DNA from: Bugula neritina | Lineage: Eukaryota > Animalia > Bryozoa | Direction of reading: 5' to 3' | Assembly: GCA_964035545.1 (NCBI GenBank) | Contig: OZ037770.1 | Coordinates: 10,684,463 to 10,748,462 of the forward strand | DNA length: 64,000 bases | Shown: positions 1 to 57,581 of the stretch, in pieces | Layout: each line of letters opens with the position of its first letter | Position numbering within the stretch: position 1 is the first letter of the stretch | Notes under the pieces: generated by a model | The model's database searches: none | What the model was told of the DNA's origin: nothing | What the model saw: the letters and a program-made list of their open reading frames with translations, nothing else | Made by a program: the position numbers and the translations under genes

Positions 1-109
1 GCTATCATACAGATGAATGGCTGTTTTAGCCAGCCTAATGTTAAATCTATTTCATGAAGACCATAATTAGTGTTTTCATAGACGCATGTTTAAGGCGGTC
101 CTGTCAATG

Positions 110-220
<111 letters not shown>

Positions 221-435
221 GGTGTATTCCATCATTTGTTTAACAATTTACCAAACTAGCAAACAAAGTGATGGGACTAGCGTAATAGTATTTTGTAGGC
301 CTATAGTAAATTTGGACACTTATTATAGTTACTGTAATTTTACTTAGATTGCTGGGCTGCAAAACAGTGAACATTACATAATAACATGTGTATAGTAAAT
401 AAACATTTTTATTGTAATTGTTTTGACACATACAG

Positions 436-41285
<40,850 letters not shown>

Positions 41286-42367
41286 GAGCTATATAATTTT
41301 TGTATGACCTTAACATAGCAAAGTAAGCATGTGCCAGTCATGCTAGAACATATTTATTTTTGCTGCGGGGATTGAACCTTAGGATATAATGCAGGGGTGG
41401 CTTTATAAAGTTGTTTTCATTAATATGTGAGATAATGTTAATTTTGCTACTGGATCAAGGAGTGATTTAAATTTGCTTTCATCGTTATGAAGTCTGGTGA
41501 ATCTAGAAAAAAAAGTATCAACACAAATAATATACTAATATACTATATATACTATATACTATATTATACTATTTGTCGCAGGCATATGAATAGAATATGC
41601 TGCATCTACTTTTAGAAAATTTTCAGTAAGTGCAGCACTAATTAACTATTCATGAAAGGTGTCTACCATGGAGTTTGTGTAGTTGCAGTTTTAAAAGTGA
41701 TTCCACAACATAAAACAAACCAGATAAAGTAAACTGCTTGCTTAGATTTTAGACCACTTTAAATACAACTGTTGATATGTAGCTATTTACAAGATGATGC
41801 GGATTGAAATGAGTTTGAGAGGCAATTTTCAACACTATGTTACCCTATCAGCCTTTAAAAATTAATATAGATCATGGATTGCTTGCTGACTTACAAAACA
41901 TCATTTATCCAACACTTCTAAATAGTGATGCCACAGTTTATAAATACCACTGGACTAATTTTACTTTTTTTGAAAAAAAAACCACCATATTCTCACTCAG
42001 TATAGCTTATTAACACAGAAGATAATTCTAAGTGTGTGATTTTATATTTGTATTTATTTTGTATAAGAAGTAACAATAGATTATTCCAGAAGTTTAGTGA
42101 CAAGACTAATATATTTGAAGGTTTTCTAAAGCGTTTCGAGATAATAAAAAACTATAGCATGATTACACTATATGCTTAAAAGCTAGTTAGTAACTGCTCA
42201 GTAATCTCGTGTTTGGGCTGGTAATGGAAGAAATGGCATGGTCGCTATATTCAACAAGCTAAAGTAGCACACTTGAAGTATCTGCATTTTTGAAAAAAAT
42301 ATTAGGTTCCTGAATTCAGTTCTTTTTCAAATATGCAAATACTTGAAGTGTTTATGTGTACTTTTAG

Positions 42368-42413
42368 GAATTACCAAAATCCAAGAAGATGGTATCAGAA
42401 ATCATTTGCCTAG
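42368..42413 (+). CDS. Probable alternative or true terminal exon of the mucin gene (M NYQNPRRWYQKSFA*)
   Basis: Donor AT/gtaaga at 41281/41282 and acceptor cttttag/G at 42367/42368 are both phase 2 and regenerate the Met codon. Confidence 0.55.
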
Positions 42414-43154
42414 AAACTTAACATGCAACCTAGCAGTGTCTATCTGATTCTAGGTTCTATTAGCTGATGACAATTAATTTTATTTCTATAATATATTTTC
42501 TACTAATTAAAAATGATTAGTTTAGTTAATGTAAGACTACCTACATCATTGTATTTCCGTGATATAATAAATTTGTGATAATTTATTCAATACATAGTGT
42601 TTCTACAGTTCAAAGTAACAGGTTGTATATCTTAATATTTTTTTATCCTTTCTATGCTAAACACTAGCAGCAAAGTTATTAACGACTGCCATATATCATA
42701 CTCTGCAGAACTCTTATAACCTATTAATATATAGTAGCTTTTTAACCAAATTAGTGTTAGCCTTATTTATCAAACATGTTATATCTTGAATAAATATGTT
42801 TTAAACCTATAAAAAATTTTCAACGTTCAGTGAGTTGTTTTAAATTATCAGGCATAATGTTAATATTTAAACAGTGTAGTTTTATGGTAAAAGAAAACCT
42901 AATATTTCAATCATAAAGTTCAATATAAAAATATTCTCACAAAGCAATAAAATATAATTAAGTTGGTGTAAAATTTAGAGCAAAATTCTTTAAAAAAACA
43001 TACAATCTTTTACATGGAATTGAGGATCATTATTAAAATTAAAAGAATAGTTTGTTAAACTGCTTAGCGTTAATATTCTACAAAAATATATATGGATGAG
43101 ATAAATTATGAAAAATAAACTTAAATTTTTATGTTAATAGAATAATGTTATGTC

Positions 43155-45352
<2,198 letters not shown>

Positions 45353-46696
45353 ATTCATCAGCATAAAAAAGAAATTAATCCAGAAGTCAAGTCAGGCAGC
45401 AATTACAATTGACTATTTAAAGCGTAATATAATATTTATTTACAAAACAGTACTTGAAATTTTAAAAAATAAGAAGCAATAAAACAGGTCAAGCTTTGTG
45501 AAGCAGCAAAGAACTACGTACAAGTTTTTGAAGTTTTTCTAATTTAATTCTTTCAAATAATACATATTATGTAACTTTTACATACTAAAATAATGTTAAT
45601 CCCAATGCTATAGAGCAATATGAACCAAGCATGGGAGTGTTAATGCATTATGCTGCAGCCAATCATTTGAGAGGTATGAAATTTGTTATGAATGGACAAA
45701 AGCATTGACCTTAACCTATATAACTAAATTCTTATGTTTACATAAACTGCTTCGACACATCTGTGAACCAGTTCAACAAATGAACTGAGGAACAATCGGG
45801 AGGTAACATTTTTTTCAGAAAATACTGCGGGCTCTGGGAATAAAATAATAAAAAAAAACCCTCATATTAAAACTTGAGAGAACGCCAACCAGCTGAAAAG
45901 GTGAATACCATTTTTGTATAAGTTAAATTTGTTGTATTTGAAAAAATTTGATGGGGGGATGGGAGTGAAAATTTGAAAATTAATTGTTTACACAGAAAGA
46001 TCTGTGAACATGAAGGAACATGAAGTGAACTGACTAATTAATCAAAATCGAACAGCTATTTACAGTCAAGCATTCTTTTGAAAAGACGCAAACACTTTTT
46101 TTTGGTCACAGAAGAAATATATTTATGAGAAAACATGGGTGTGTCTAAAACATCCAGGGCTAGGTGAGCAGTTGGAAACAAAAAATAACAGAAAATATAC
46201 TATTTACATTTAAAGAGTGTCAAAATCAGAAAAGATACAACTAAAATAGATTGAAAGTAATGCTATAAAGTTATAGATTTCAGTCTAGTGTAATAGATAT
46301 AACACAACCGCACTTATTGTGAAAAATATTTCTGTTGCTGAGAAACTAGTTGAAGGATACAAGAAATTTAGTGAAACAAATAAAGTGACAAAATGTGTAG
46401 AGATATAGTGAAAAGCTGCATTATAGAACTATGTTTCAATAACATTAATAAAAGCAGAGAGTGTATATGAAGTATAAAGAAAAACCAAAGGGGAAGTGTA
46501 TATAAAAACAATTGGTGAGCTACTAAAGGGAGCAGGAAAAGTGAAGGACGTAAGAGCAAAAATTTGATGCAGATAACGAAATCTATGTTTTATAGGATGA
46601 AGAACTCCAGAGTGATGACCAACATACTGCAGCACCTGGTTCTGGCATAATTACTACAGCAGACAATAAACACAGGTTAACCGGGTATTTTTGTAG

Positions 46697-47040
46697 AAAG
46701 CATTGTACCAGCAACATCCACAACATCCACCACTACTACGACACCGACAACAACTACAACTCTCACCACTACTATGACGTCGACAACAGTTGTTCTAGTA
46801 GTTGGTGTTGTAGTGGTTGTTGGTGTTGCGGTGGTTGTTGGTGTTGTAGTGGTAGTTGGTGTTGTAGTGGTAGTTGGTGTTGTAGTGGTTGTTGGTGTTG
46901 TAGTGGTTTTTGGCACTACAACACCAACTACCAATACAACTACAGCGGTTTCAACTCCTAGACCAAATAGAAGACGTTTTCGATTTAGACTTTTCATACT
47001 TATACTCCGTTTTGTGAGATTCTTCAGCCAAAAATTTTGA
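46697..47040 (+). other. Isolated Thr-rich exon-like segment containing an inverted block of mucin repeat
   Basis: Acceptor tttttgtag at 46696. The frame is open: SIVPATSTTSTTTTTPTT...VVLVVGVVVVVG...FGTTTPTTNTTTAVSTPRPNRRRFRFRLF...QKF*. The reverse complement of about 46789-46914 matches array-1 units. Confidence 0.55.
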
Positions 47041-48870
47041 TTGCTCTGATCCAGAGCTTGCAGACAGAAGTTCTCTAACTTACCTGCGGTTTGAAGTAAG
47101 TTGCCTTTGCAATTGTAATAAATTACCATAACTATCCACAAAGCTTCTTACTAGAATTCGCCTGAAGATAGTTGGTCAGATCTAGCTTCAACTAAATTGC
47201 TGAGAACAAATAAAAGTACATCACTACTAATTTAAAGCTGCACCAAAGTGGCTAAAGCAGTGATGTTGAGTGTTTTCCTGTGACATGTTGCACTCTGTAC
47301 ACCAAGTATACTAACTTCACGATTGATTCAAAAAGCTTACTGGCTGGTACACTATCCATGAGCTCCTTCGACATATTAGTATAGGTTGGTAACAAATTGT
47401 CTTCTAAGGATACATGCAGATGCAAAAGTTTCAAACTAAATCCTTACTTGATTATATGTGGACATATCAAGCCTAACCTAGTGAACTTCTTATACATTTG
47501 TATATGATTGCTGTAGACTATGAACTTCTTTTAGTTATTGCATATTTGCATTGTTTTTGAACCAAACTTTTCGATATTAGCTAAAGGATCTACTTACTTT
47601 AGAGTAATGATGCATGCATAACGTGGGAAATTAACCAATATTCACATAAAGGAGTGTGAGTTATATAAAGATCGTGATAACTATGACATCACTCATCAGT
47701 ATATTCTAGCGTATATAGTCCCAGTGTGTACAGCTAGACTGACAATATGTGTATAACTCTTGTCACGCAATGATAATAAATAAAGGTAAACACTTTCAAA
47801 CTAATTATAGTCTTTTCCAGTTCCAGTATCAACGTAAGTGTTGAGACATAACTGAGGCAAAAGATTCAACCTAATGTTAATTATTGAACAAAGCCTGCAT
47901 GCTTCAAGTAGTAACATTACATGCATGTTTTGATGAGGCTTTTCAACATGTCAAAAAGACACAGCATTTACCTGAAACTTATTTTATGCACTGAAACTTC
48001 GCCATATTACATGTTTTCATAACTTTCTTGTTATAAAATTTTAACAAATGTAATACATAGAGCAAAAGGTAAAATTTTTACAAAAATATTTAGCTTTAAA
48101 TTATGCATTTTACATGGCTAGAATCATTTGATTTTAGCGAAAATAAATGACAATTTTGCTAAAATCTGCAAAGGAAATTGTCTGCCTTTACTTAAACAAT
48201 TTTGGCACATATGATGGAAAAACGATAAAAAGTTTACATAAGGAATATATTTCTCAAATTTCTGAATTAAACTATATCTATAACAAAAATAAACTCTAAA
48301 TTATTGATATTTACAGGAACTAAAAATTATTCCATCTTCCCTACGTTTCTCGGTTTCTCGGAACTTTTAGAGAGTTTCTTATATTTGCCATCTTTTTTCT
48401 GTAAATTTTTACCTTGCATGCAGCTAATTGTAGCACTGAAAAGAAAAAATAAGCAAAAATTTTCTATGGCCAACAGTTTTTTGGAAGGTTGTATTAAAGA
48501 ATTGCAATTTGACATGCTGCACAATAAATCAATTATATATAGACAGTCATATTTGAGTAATAGTAAAAGGCTGTAATATCCTATTGAAAAATTGTTATAT
48601 AGAAACTAAATTAATTTAAATTTACAGCAGAAATAGTATATACCACAGAATACTATAACATGTATGTTTTCACCTATCCTATTCTCACCTATCTCCACTT
48701 TGTCCTGTTTGGGTAGCAAGCATGCTATAACATGTATGTATATAGTGTAGACAAAAAGTTTTGAAAATTGTTTTTCAAAAAAATAGGCAATGTGTTTATT
48801 TACATGCTATTGTGAATATTGGCAGCTATAGATGAGAAAAACTCAATTATTCAAGTAGTTATAATATTAC

Positions 48871-50695
48871 CCAATATGTTAGTTTTTTCCTTATTGCCAA
48901 CATTTCAATGCTGCCAAAAATAACCATCTGAAAAAGAAATGTATAATATGTTATATTACTTCCCTATAATAACTTTTGATAACAATTTAATCTAAATATA
49001 AATACATCATGTTTATATTGTTTAAATACCGTTGTTATAGTTGTTATAGCATTATTAGGTTGAAAAGATCATGTTTTTACTACAGTCTTGTTTGAACACA
49101 GGTTTATAGTTGCCATCCCTGTGAGAAACCCATGATTGGAAAGGGTTTGTGTTAAAATTAGGCTAAAAACTTATTTAGATGGGCGCAATTATGACTGGAT
49201 GCTCTTCCTAACATCACCAATAGCCCTAGTCCAGTTCAAACCAATGGCTTCCTTTTTACTGCTCTATACCCCCCTAGACCACTGCTGTTCCCTTGTTAGA
49301 AATTATAGAGCTTAACAACAGATGACGATATAAACTTAGCTGTTGAGCACTTAGAACTTGACAAACACCTATAATAACATATTTGTGAATACATAATACT
49401 AATACATATAATATAATAAAGCACTTACTACTAGACTACAGGCTAAACTAACTCTGTATCTGCTTTCAACTGATGTATTCTCATTTGACATTGTCCAGTA
49501 AAGGGGTGAAATATTCATAATGATCAGCAGAACTCCACATACAATCTGAGCCACTGCTGGGAAATTATTCCTGAAACAAGACATTAAATTAACAAGGTTA
49601 TGCAATGAAATAAAATGTATAAACTAACATTTCATTATATTTATTAATTTAATGCAATCTGCCAATGAGAATCAATATTAGTTGTTTCTATAAATAAGAC
49701 ACTATAGTGGTTTATTAAAAGCTAAATAATCTATTTTATATATAATCTATGAAAGAACTAAACCATCAGAAAACAGACGGACAACACAAAGCGGTATTTT
49801 CAAAAAGCTATAGTTGGTTGCAGTGCTTATTTAGTTATTTCTCTATCACAATAGCATTGCAACATTCCTATTGCTTAACTGATGAACTATAATATTGATA
49901 AAATGTCTACAGAAACCTTAATACAAACTAAATTGACATGGGTGCACAACTCTAAAGTTGGATTTGTATCATAGGTATAATATCTTCAGGTTTTAACACT
50001 AAATATAACAAAGATTTAATTAGGCAGTTATGGTTTAAGAATTGAAGTTTTACCACAAAAGCAATGGCAGCAAGAAATGGCCTGCTCCAACAGAAAATTA
50101 TGCAAACAATATATTTCACAGGTAGTCCAACTATTAACTTTTTATAAGCCAATGCTTTTAATAGTATTTGTTTTTAGACTGTAATGCTATAGAGTCAAAG
50201 TATCCATAGCCTAAATTTCTCCAATATTACTGCTGATAGTAATGGAGAAAGCCAGCCAAAGCTCAAAGTTGAAGTAACATTAATTCAGTAAACAAGTTGG
50301 CAAAAACATATATACGATACTCATCATGCTTAGCTGAGCACAACTGCAGTTGGCTCATATTCTAATTTTGTTGCCATGTGAGATTTATACACCCCTCACA
50401 TGTTATATCTTTGGTATTACATGAAATCATTCAAGCAACATTAATCTACAATAACTAACTGCAGAAGAGAATTTTAAATTACATGGATTTCCAGTTGATT
50501 GACTTTGACAAAAGTTCCTCATTCTTGTGTCTGTTTTTGCCAGTTTCTATGATAGATATACTTGGAGACTCTGTAACTGCAGTATAGTTTTATTTGGTTT
50601 CATTGAAATATTAGCACTAGTAGTAAAGACAGCTGCATGTTCATTTTCTCCATTCCTGGCATCTTTTGCTTCTTGACTGGCAGCGATCTTCATAA
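48871..50695 (-). pseudogene. Possible degenerate multi-pass membrane protein gene (MS4A/CD20-like pattern)
   Basis: Phase-compatible exons 50483-50695 (needs a frameshift), 49429-49570 and 48871-48927 give ...KSMNNFPAVAQIVCGVLLIIMNISPLYW...VSLACSLVMVIFGSIEMLAIRKKLTYW. I found no downstream exons. Confidence 0.35.
49096..49292 (-). mobile_element. Copy of the same SINE
   Basis: acacaggtttatagttgccatccctgtgagaaacc...gcaattatgactggatgctcttcctaacatcaccaat...cccctagacc. Confidence 0.8.
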
Positions 50696-52442
50696 CTAAA
50701 ATAGTAATAATTTTCTTTAGTAAAGGGCAAACACTCTTTTAGCTATAAAACACTGAAACAGAAACCAAGGGTGCATTTATTTACCATTTACATGTAGGAG
50801 TAGTATAGTGGAAACATTAAGATAGTTCTTTATCTTTTTTATAAATTTTGGTTTGTGTCACATATAACTTATTTTGCTATACATTTCTAATCTCTAACAC
50901 TGCATTTTCTTGATTTTTCCAGAACTGCACCTATTGAAGTTATTTTTTCAGTACTGCACAGGGCAGGACCATTCAGGCATTACAGTTAACCAATTGGATA
51001 TCTTTTTGCTGAGATGCTATACAAATTGAGAAAATCCTGCAATAAAGAAGAGTTTTGTTTTGATCAGCTAATGTGTGATCATATCAACAAGGAGCTTACA
51101 CAAAGCGTAATATTGCTTTAATTAGCTTTGCATGAATTACTATTATAAACACAGATGACCCACTTTAATTTGAGAGACACTCTATAATACACCCTTTGTG
51201 TATTTTGTACACTACAAAAAAGAATTCTGCATCTATATACTTGAATAATTCTTTGGTTAGTATTTTTACCAACTTAACTAAATCAACAATTTTTTTAAAA
51301 TCATTTTCAGTGTAGCCTACTTGTTGGGACTTTACATAAGCAGGAAAGCTTTGCCCTAATTAATGGATGATAGCTTTTTACATATAATCTCGGCTATGCC
51401 AGCTATATTATGATTTCTCCACATTTATTTGGGTTACTACACAAAAGCTAACCTTTTTGACTAATATAAAACGCCAGGATTTTTTACTTATCCGCACTTG
51501 TTTCTCACACTTGTAACTTTCAACGTATGATATAACCTTTTTCACATTGCTATTTTCTTTCAATAAAAAATTCTATACACTTAAAACACAACAGTATATA
51601 TATATATATATATATATATTTATTGTACTTTATTAAGTATAGAAAGACAACTCTAAATCACACAAATAATGTTATTTGACAAAATGGAAAATTTCTATAT
51701 ATAGCTCAAAATTATCTTTTAATACTTCCATTGTATCTAAGGCAATGAATATATTATTTGCTTCGTGCATATATATTATTGTATACATAATATAATACTT
51801 CCTCCGGCTATACTTGTTTAAATACACATGAAAAAGCAGCTAATTGCTCTCATTTGACGTAATGGACACAGACAACTCCAGGCAGCTTACTTTTTGACTC
51901 CATACTCTTTTCAAGTTCTTGGGTAATAAGATTAAAAATATAATTGATAATTAACATACTCATACCAAGTATATAATGTCTTGAGTAAATTTACTTAGTT
52001 GTCATGGTTTCAATCTGGGAAGATCTATACTTTGACATACGAGTTTCTGATTCATTATAGTTGTTTTGTACAGGAGATTAGCCAATGATATATTATATTC
52101 AACACATTATAAATGCCTGCATTGGTAAAATCTATAACACTGTGTTTAAGTTAACAAGGAACTATATTCTACTTAGGGTTAATTTTCTGTAACACTGATA
52201 TTAATACTGTTTTTTTAAGTTTTATTCTAAATTGCCTGTCAAACTGTTTGAATAAAAAGGAAACACTATGAAAAACAGCAATGCTGAACGTAAGTTAACT
52301 AAAAGCATTGTTTTGTTTAAGCAGTATATATAACCCAAAGTATAAGCACTGTTTTGAAAAATTATCTGCAGTGAAAATAAAATACCATGCAAACACATTG
52401 ACTAATTCATAAATCATATTTTAAAAATTACCTACATATGCA

Positions 52443-53160
52443 GTGCAAACATACTTAGCTTCAAAGTTTTTACCATACAAAGCTTTGATTTTATTATATA
52501 ACAGTCTGATAAACAGCAAACTTACATATTGCTTAGAAGCCTGGGGAAGTGCCCCTAAAACCCATCTGAACAAGTTGCTTTTAATTCAAAAACGCATTAT
52601 TCGCATTATTTTCCACATATCACCTACTGAACACACGTCACCTCTATTTATCAAAGCAGAAATTCTTCCTATTGATCTCTTGTATATCTACCGCCTATGT
52701 CTTCTTGGTCATTCAGCTTATTATACTCCATCTCACACCAAACAACCACCAACTTACCTCACCAGACATTCTGAACTTTCCTTACCCTTACCTCTCTCTA
52801 CCACCGCAGCAGGTCATCGTCAAGTGTCCTACCAGATGTCTAGAAATTGGAATAAGCTACCTCTGACTTTAAGACATCATCAAAGCTTTGCCACATTTAA
52901 AATATTGTTGAAAAAGCACCTACTAAAATATTTAACTTAATCTGAATAAATAGTTCCCACTATTTTTTCAACTGCCACTTGGGCCCCGCTCCTTGAATAG
53001 CTATGCTACTGAGCACATGGGCCCCCATCTTGACTTCGATTGATATTATATATAAATTGAATTTAGCTCTTTTTGTGATACTGTTGTATATTTGTATTTT
53101 TTTGTCCTTTTGTTTTTTTTTGATGGAAATAAAGAAAACAAACAAACAAACAAACAAACA
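52443..53160 (+). mobile_element. 5'-truncated LINE (CR1/L2-like) 3' fragment with an (AAAC)n tail
   Basis: ORF2 C-terminus LYNSLINSKLTYCLEAWG...IQKRIIRII...EHTSPLF...WNKLP...FKILLKKHL, then a GC-richer 3' UTR, AATAAA and AAAC repeats. Confidence 0.85.
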
Positions 53161-53223
53161 TCTAAATAATTAAGAGAAATGAAGAAAACATAAATCGATA
53201 AATCTATAGACACTGATAATATT

Positions 53224-55467
53224 TTAGAAAAGTTTATTGAATGAACAATTGTAATGCTTTGATCTGGAATCAACATTAGCTCTGAAAGATCTTTCAATAA
53301 ACTTATACTCATTTTTTCCAAACACATCAACCATGTACTCAGGAACACAAGCTATTTCCATAAGACTTGTCTTCTCTTCATCTCCTCTGTTGACATGGCA
53401 ACAGGCCCACAAGTAAGATGTTTTAGGCAAAGGTTTTATATATCCACGGAGGCCATCTATGCAACTTCTTTTAATTCCGAAGGAAACTTCAAGGTTGGAG
53501 TATTTCTCGAAATGAAAAGCAACTGGATCAACCTGAGGTTGTAAAGTGAAAAGAGCTTTACCATTTGGCTCTAATGCTTCCAACTGTTGTCTGTGTAACA
53601 CCGTTATGCACACTTGTTGTTCCGCTGTTTGGGGGTTTGAAAGTTTCACTGCTGCCTTCATCCAAGCTGCTGCTGACTCAACTGGAAAGTACATACTCTT
53701 TTGCAACTCTATATTCTTTTCAATGATATAATCATCTCTCAAAGAGTTAGCAAATGCCAGTAGTCTGTGGGTCTCTGTTTCCATTAACTCATTGCTACAT
53801 TCTGTTTGACACAAGCTGATTGGGTCTTTGGTCAACAGATAACTGTCCATTATTATTGCAGACAGCTGAAAATAGTTGCAGCTTTTCTGCTTTTTTTTAG
53901 GTTTCTCCTTTTTTCCAACCAGACTGGTTCTTTGTAGAGAAACATGAGATATGTTTTCTAATCTAGCTTTCCAGTGTATGTTGAAAAATCTCAAACAGAA
54001 TTCTGCACAACTCTTCAAAAGATTTGTCACTTCCTTTATGAAACTCATCGACTCTTCACAAGTAGCAAAGTCTTTGAGTGACAGGATTTCTTGTATGAGC
54101 AACAAATAAAAGTGAGTAGCAATATTAAAAAGAACCATGCCCTTTTCTGGAAAATTCTTGTTTTCTATTATTTCTATCAATTCATGTCTTCTTGACAGCT
54201 CTTCTCTCTTTAACATATTTATAAAGTATTCAACAGAATGATGGCGCATTAGTCTTTGTTCTAAATAAGTCTCCTTCACAAAATTCACAAAACATTTAAG
54301 ATTCTCCAACAGACCAACAACCACCGGTTTTGGTTTCTCTGGAATATAATTTCCTATTAAAAATTCTGTTAAATGAAAAAGATAATCAGATTTGTGCCGT
54401 ATTTTGAAGATGTCATGAAAAGAGAAAAGACCAGCGGGTAGACTCTCATTTGCTGCTGCAATGAGACTTTTTACTAAGCCATGTGCTGTGTGGCTAGGAC
54501 CATAGGTTTCATTTGAGTAAACATGAAAGAAAAGCCTCTTGTCTTTATAAGCGGTTGGAGGGTTTACATCCATTAGCTCTGAACTTTCTGGAGATATTAG
54601 GCTACTAACTGTACTAATAGACTTGAAAGATTCTTCAGAGGAAGTTTTATTACAGCAGCCAGAAAGACTTGCAGCTACTGCTGCAGAAATTGAGCTAGTT
54701 TCCATGTCAGCTATACTTTGAAAGTCCATCCCTGGTTGATTAATTATAACCGGCTCATCTTCAATAAAGACGCCTGGTATGGTAGAAGCAAGACCCAAAC
54801 GTTTGACTGCCACCTTTGCAATCTAAAAACAAAACCAAAAACGTACAGCTGAAAAATAATTAAACAAACAAAAATTAATAAAAGAGTGTACTTTAAAGGC
54901 ACAAACACTGCCTATTTTTTTCCCCGTTAAAGTTGAAGCATACATTCTGTGTTTTTATATATATAGAGCATTATCATGCAAACAAACAATATTTTATAGG
55001 AGCAACACTTTTGTGAAAAAAATATAATATAAAGTGAATAGATGCATGCATGAAATATTTTAATGAGTCCTGACAAAACATCTATTATATGTACACATAA
55101 ATTTGTTGGTCCTCAGCAATTGAATTTTTTAAGAAACAATTATAATAACATGTGGAATGGCTTATTGGAACAAATTTATTCAAAATTTTGTTTAAAATTC
55201 AGCAACAATCTTTGCCTTAGATTAAATTGCAAAGCAAAAAATAATTCCTAAGTATTCAACTTTATAATATATATAACTTACAGTCTTTCTTTTAAGCCTA
55301 TCTTTCCTTTTTAGTGCTTTTTTCTCAGCCTTTAGTACGAGGTTGGGTATCATGGGCACGTCACTAGCAGAAGTAGATGGCAGTTGTAAAGATGGTTCAC
55401 TTGTTTTGGGTCTAGTTCCAGTTGCACCTGGTGATTTTGAACTCTTCTTCGACTTTTTGGGTGCCAT
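53224..55467 (-). CDS. Two-exon gene A (55282-55467 + 53224-54822), about 594 aa, unknown function; possible Cry domain-I-like helical bundle
   Basis: MAPKKSKKSS...KRKT/gtaagt joined at a phase-0 ttttag/IAKVAVKRLG...; uninterrupted 1.6-kb exon; paralogous to gene B. Confidence 0.85.
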
Positions 55468-55525
55468 CTTGTGTTTCTTTGCATAAATCAGAGCAAACTT
55501 TCACCTTGAAACAAATGAGGTTTCC

Positions 55526-55534
55526 TTTTATATA
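55526..55534 (-). promoter_or_regulatory. Putative TATA box of gene A
   Basis: TATATAAAA about 60 nt upstream of the ATG; the context is conserved upstream of gene B. Confidence 0.45.
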
Positions 55535-57296
55535 GTCTGTTAGCTAGTAGAAAGAGTTTTTCCACAAAACCTTTGTTTGATAAACAATTTTTTTAGCTAT
55601 ATAGAGCTGGTTAACTCTAGCTATGTATTGTAGTTTTGTTTATAATTGCTTTTAAAAAGCATTAGGCCTTATAATATATTATATTATATATAGTAGCTTT
55701 CTCATAAAACTAACAACAATTTTCAGTTGTTATTTTTATGACATAAATAGTTATAGCTAATTTTCCCTATAATATATAGTTATATATATATAGCTGAATT
55801 TAACTTAAAAGCTCTAAAATTTTGTTTTCTAACAATAAAACAAGCCAGTATATATATCAAAACACTACAGATGATCATAAACAAATTGGTTTGCGGAGGT
55901 ATATATGGCTATTTGATGATTCCATTCACTAAAAGTTAAGAAAATGTTTTTGCTATGATTTATTCAGCTATATAATGCAAAATAGATTGTAATTAGCTAG
56001 TAGATGTTTTAAATTTTTAGATGCTTCTATTAAAACTACAATGTTCACCATAGAAGCAAAAAAATTTCTTAAAATATTATATACACGAAAGATTCTCTAT
56101 TATTGCTTACATTTGTTGTTATATAAATATAGACTAGTTTAAAAGGTCAATAGATGAATATACAGATATTATATAACTGCAGTAGTGTATTGCTAAACTT
56201 TGACCTATTGAACTAGATTCTACTTTAAAAATTGTAGATATTATAATCCAGGCATGGGAACAAAGAGGTTATTGCCATATGCTATATACTTACTATAACT
56301 TGGCATACTGTAGCATATAACATATACAGTACTGTTCAATTGTTATTTCAGTCCAATAAACTTTTTTGGATACTTGTTTTAGTTTAGCAATTAAAATCTA
56401 TATTTTGTCACGTAACAGAAATAAGTTAAGAATGTTTTAATATTGACTACAATCAAATAGAATTTAGCAAGTTGTTAAAACCTTACTTTGTTTAAATTAA
56501 ATGAAGGATACATATACTTTAATTTGCTATAAACTTATTCTTTATAATATATTTCTGTGTGCTGAATAACTGTTTGTTTGGAAACAGTTGATTATTGAGA
56601 AAATTTAAATTTTATAGCTAAATTGAGCTATAGCCTAGAAAGCTCACAAGCTAATCTTTAGCTGAATCACAGTACATATATATGGAGTCATTATAAATTG
56701 TTCCTAAAGCAATTACATAATTTTAATTGAAAAGCCTCTGTAAGCTGTTGTATAGTGAGTGTTTCCTATATATAAAAGGTGTGTTATTTACAAATCGAAT
56801 TTGGCATTTAGAATTTCTATTTATGTTTTGAAAACTTAAGCAATTATCTAAAGTATTTTATGTGAAATTTAAAGTGAAAATATATATTTGCTTTACATTT
56901 ATTATAATTATATTACATTAATTAGATTTATTAAAAAATATATAGGCCTATATATATAAATATATATATGTATATATATAATATATATATATATATATAT
57001 TAGTATATGATAATGATAGACAGATAGTAGAGGTAATTATTGCTGAAGCATTATAGAATTTACTCTATTTACAAGTTTGAAAAATTCTGCCTTGTAAGGT
57101 TTCTCCTTATGATGTTTAAAGTCAAAAATGTTGCATTATTTAGGATTTATTAGTTTTTTTGGGCATGATATTTTTTGTGCATCTCATAAAAGTATTAGTT
57201 TTAGCTTCAACTAGTGTATTTCAATATAAATAAACAGAACAACAGTTGACATAAAGAAGAAAGAAATTGAAAAAAAAAATTGTCTAAATAAATCAG

Positions 57297-57350
57297 CAAA
57301 AAATGTTTTTATGCAAAAAATGTTTTTATGCAAAAAATGTTTTTATGCAA
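57297..57350. repeat. 17-bp tandem repeat x3 (GCAAAAAATGTTTTTAT)
   Basis: Directly visible. Confidence 0.85.
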
Positions 57351-57581
57351 CTGCAAAAAATCAATGCTTTGAAAACTGATCTACAGGCTACAGCTACACC
57401 GAAACTTCAAGCAAAGGCAATGATAAATCAATAATTGTATTTAGGAAACAACTAAACTGCAAGCAAATAATAAAAAAACAGACAAACAAAGTATTGACAG
57501 CTGCATGTTCATGGAAACTGAAAATATTTGAGAAAAAATTATTAATGAACATCTGAAACTTTTCTAGATAGAATTTGAATT

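Noticed and set aside
42270-42352. Imperfect hairpin before the candidate last exon
   Set aside because: AT-rich and mismatched; most likely a small MITE relic, with no evidence of function.
47250-47385. PVTCC-containing stretch (+) resembling a tetraspanin loop
   Set aside because: Short, ends in a stop, and has no supporting exons.
47980-48580. Possible decayed DNA transposon, with ORFs 48304-48576 and 48327-48524
   Set aside because: The texture suggests a repeat, but I could not define terminal repeats or a target duplication, and the ORFs have no motifs.
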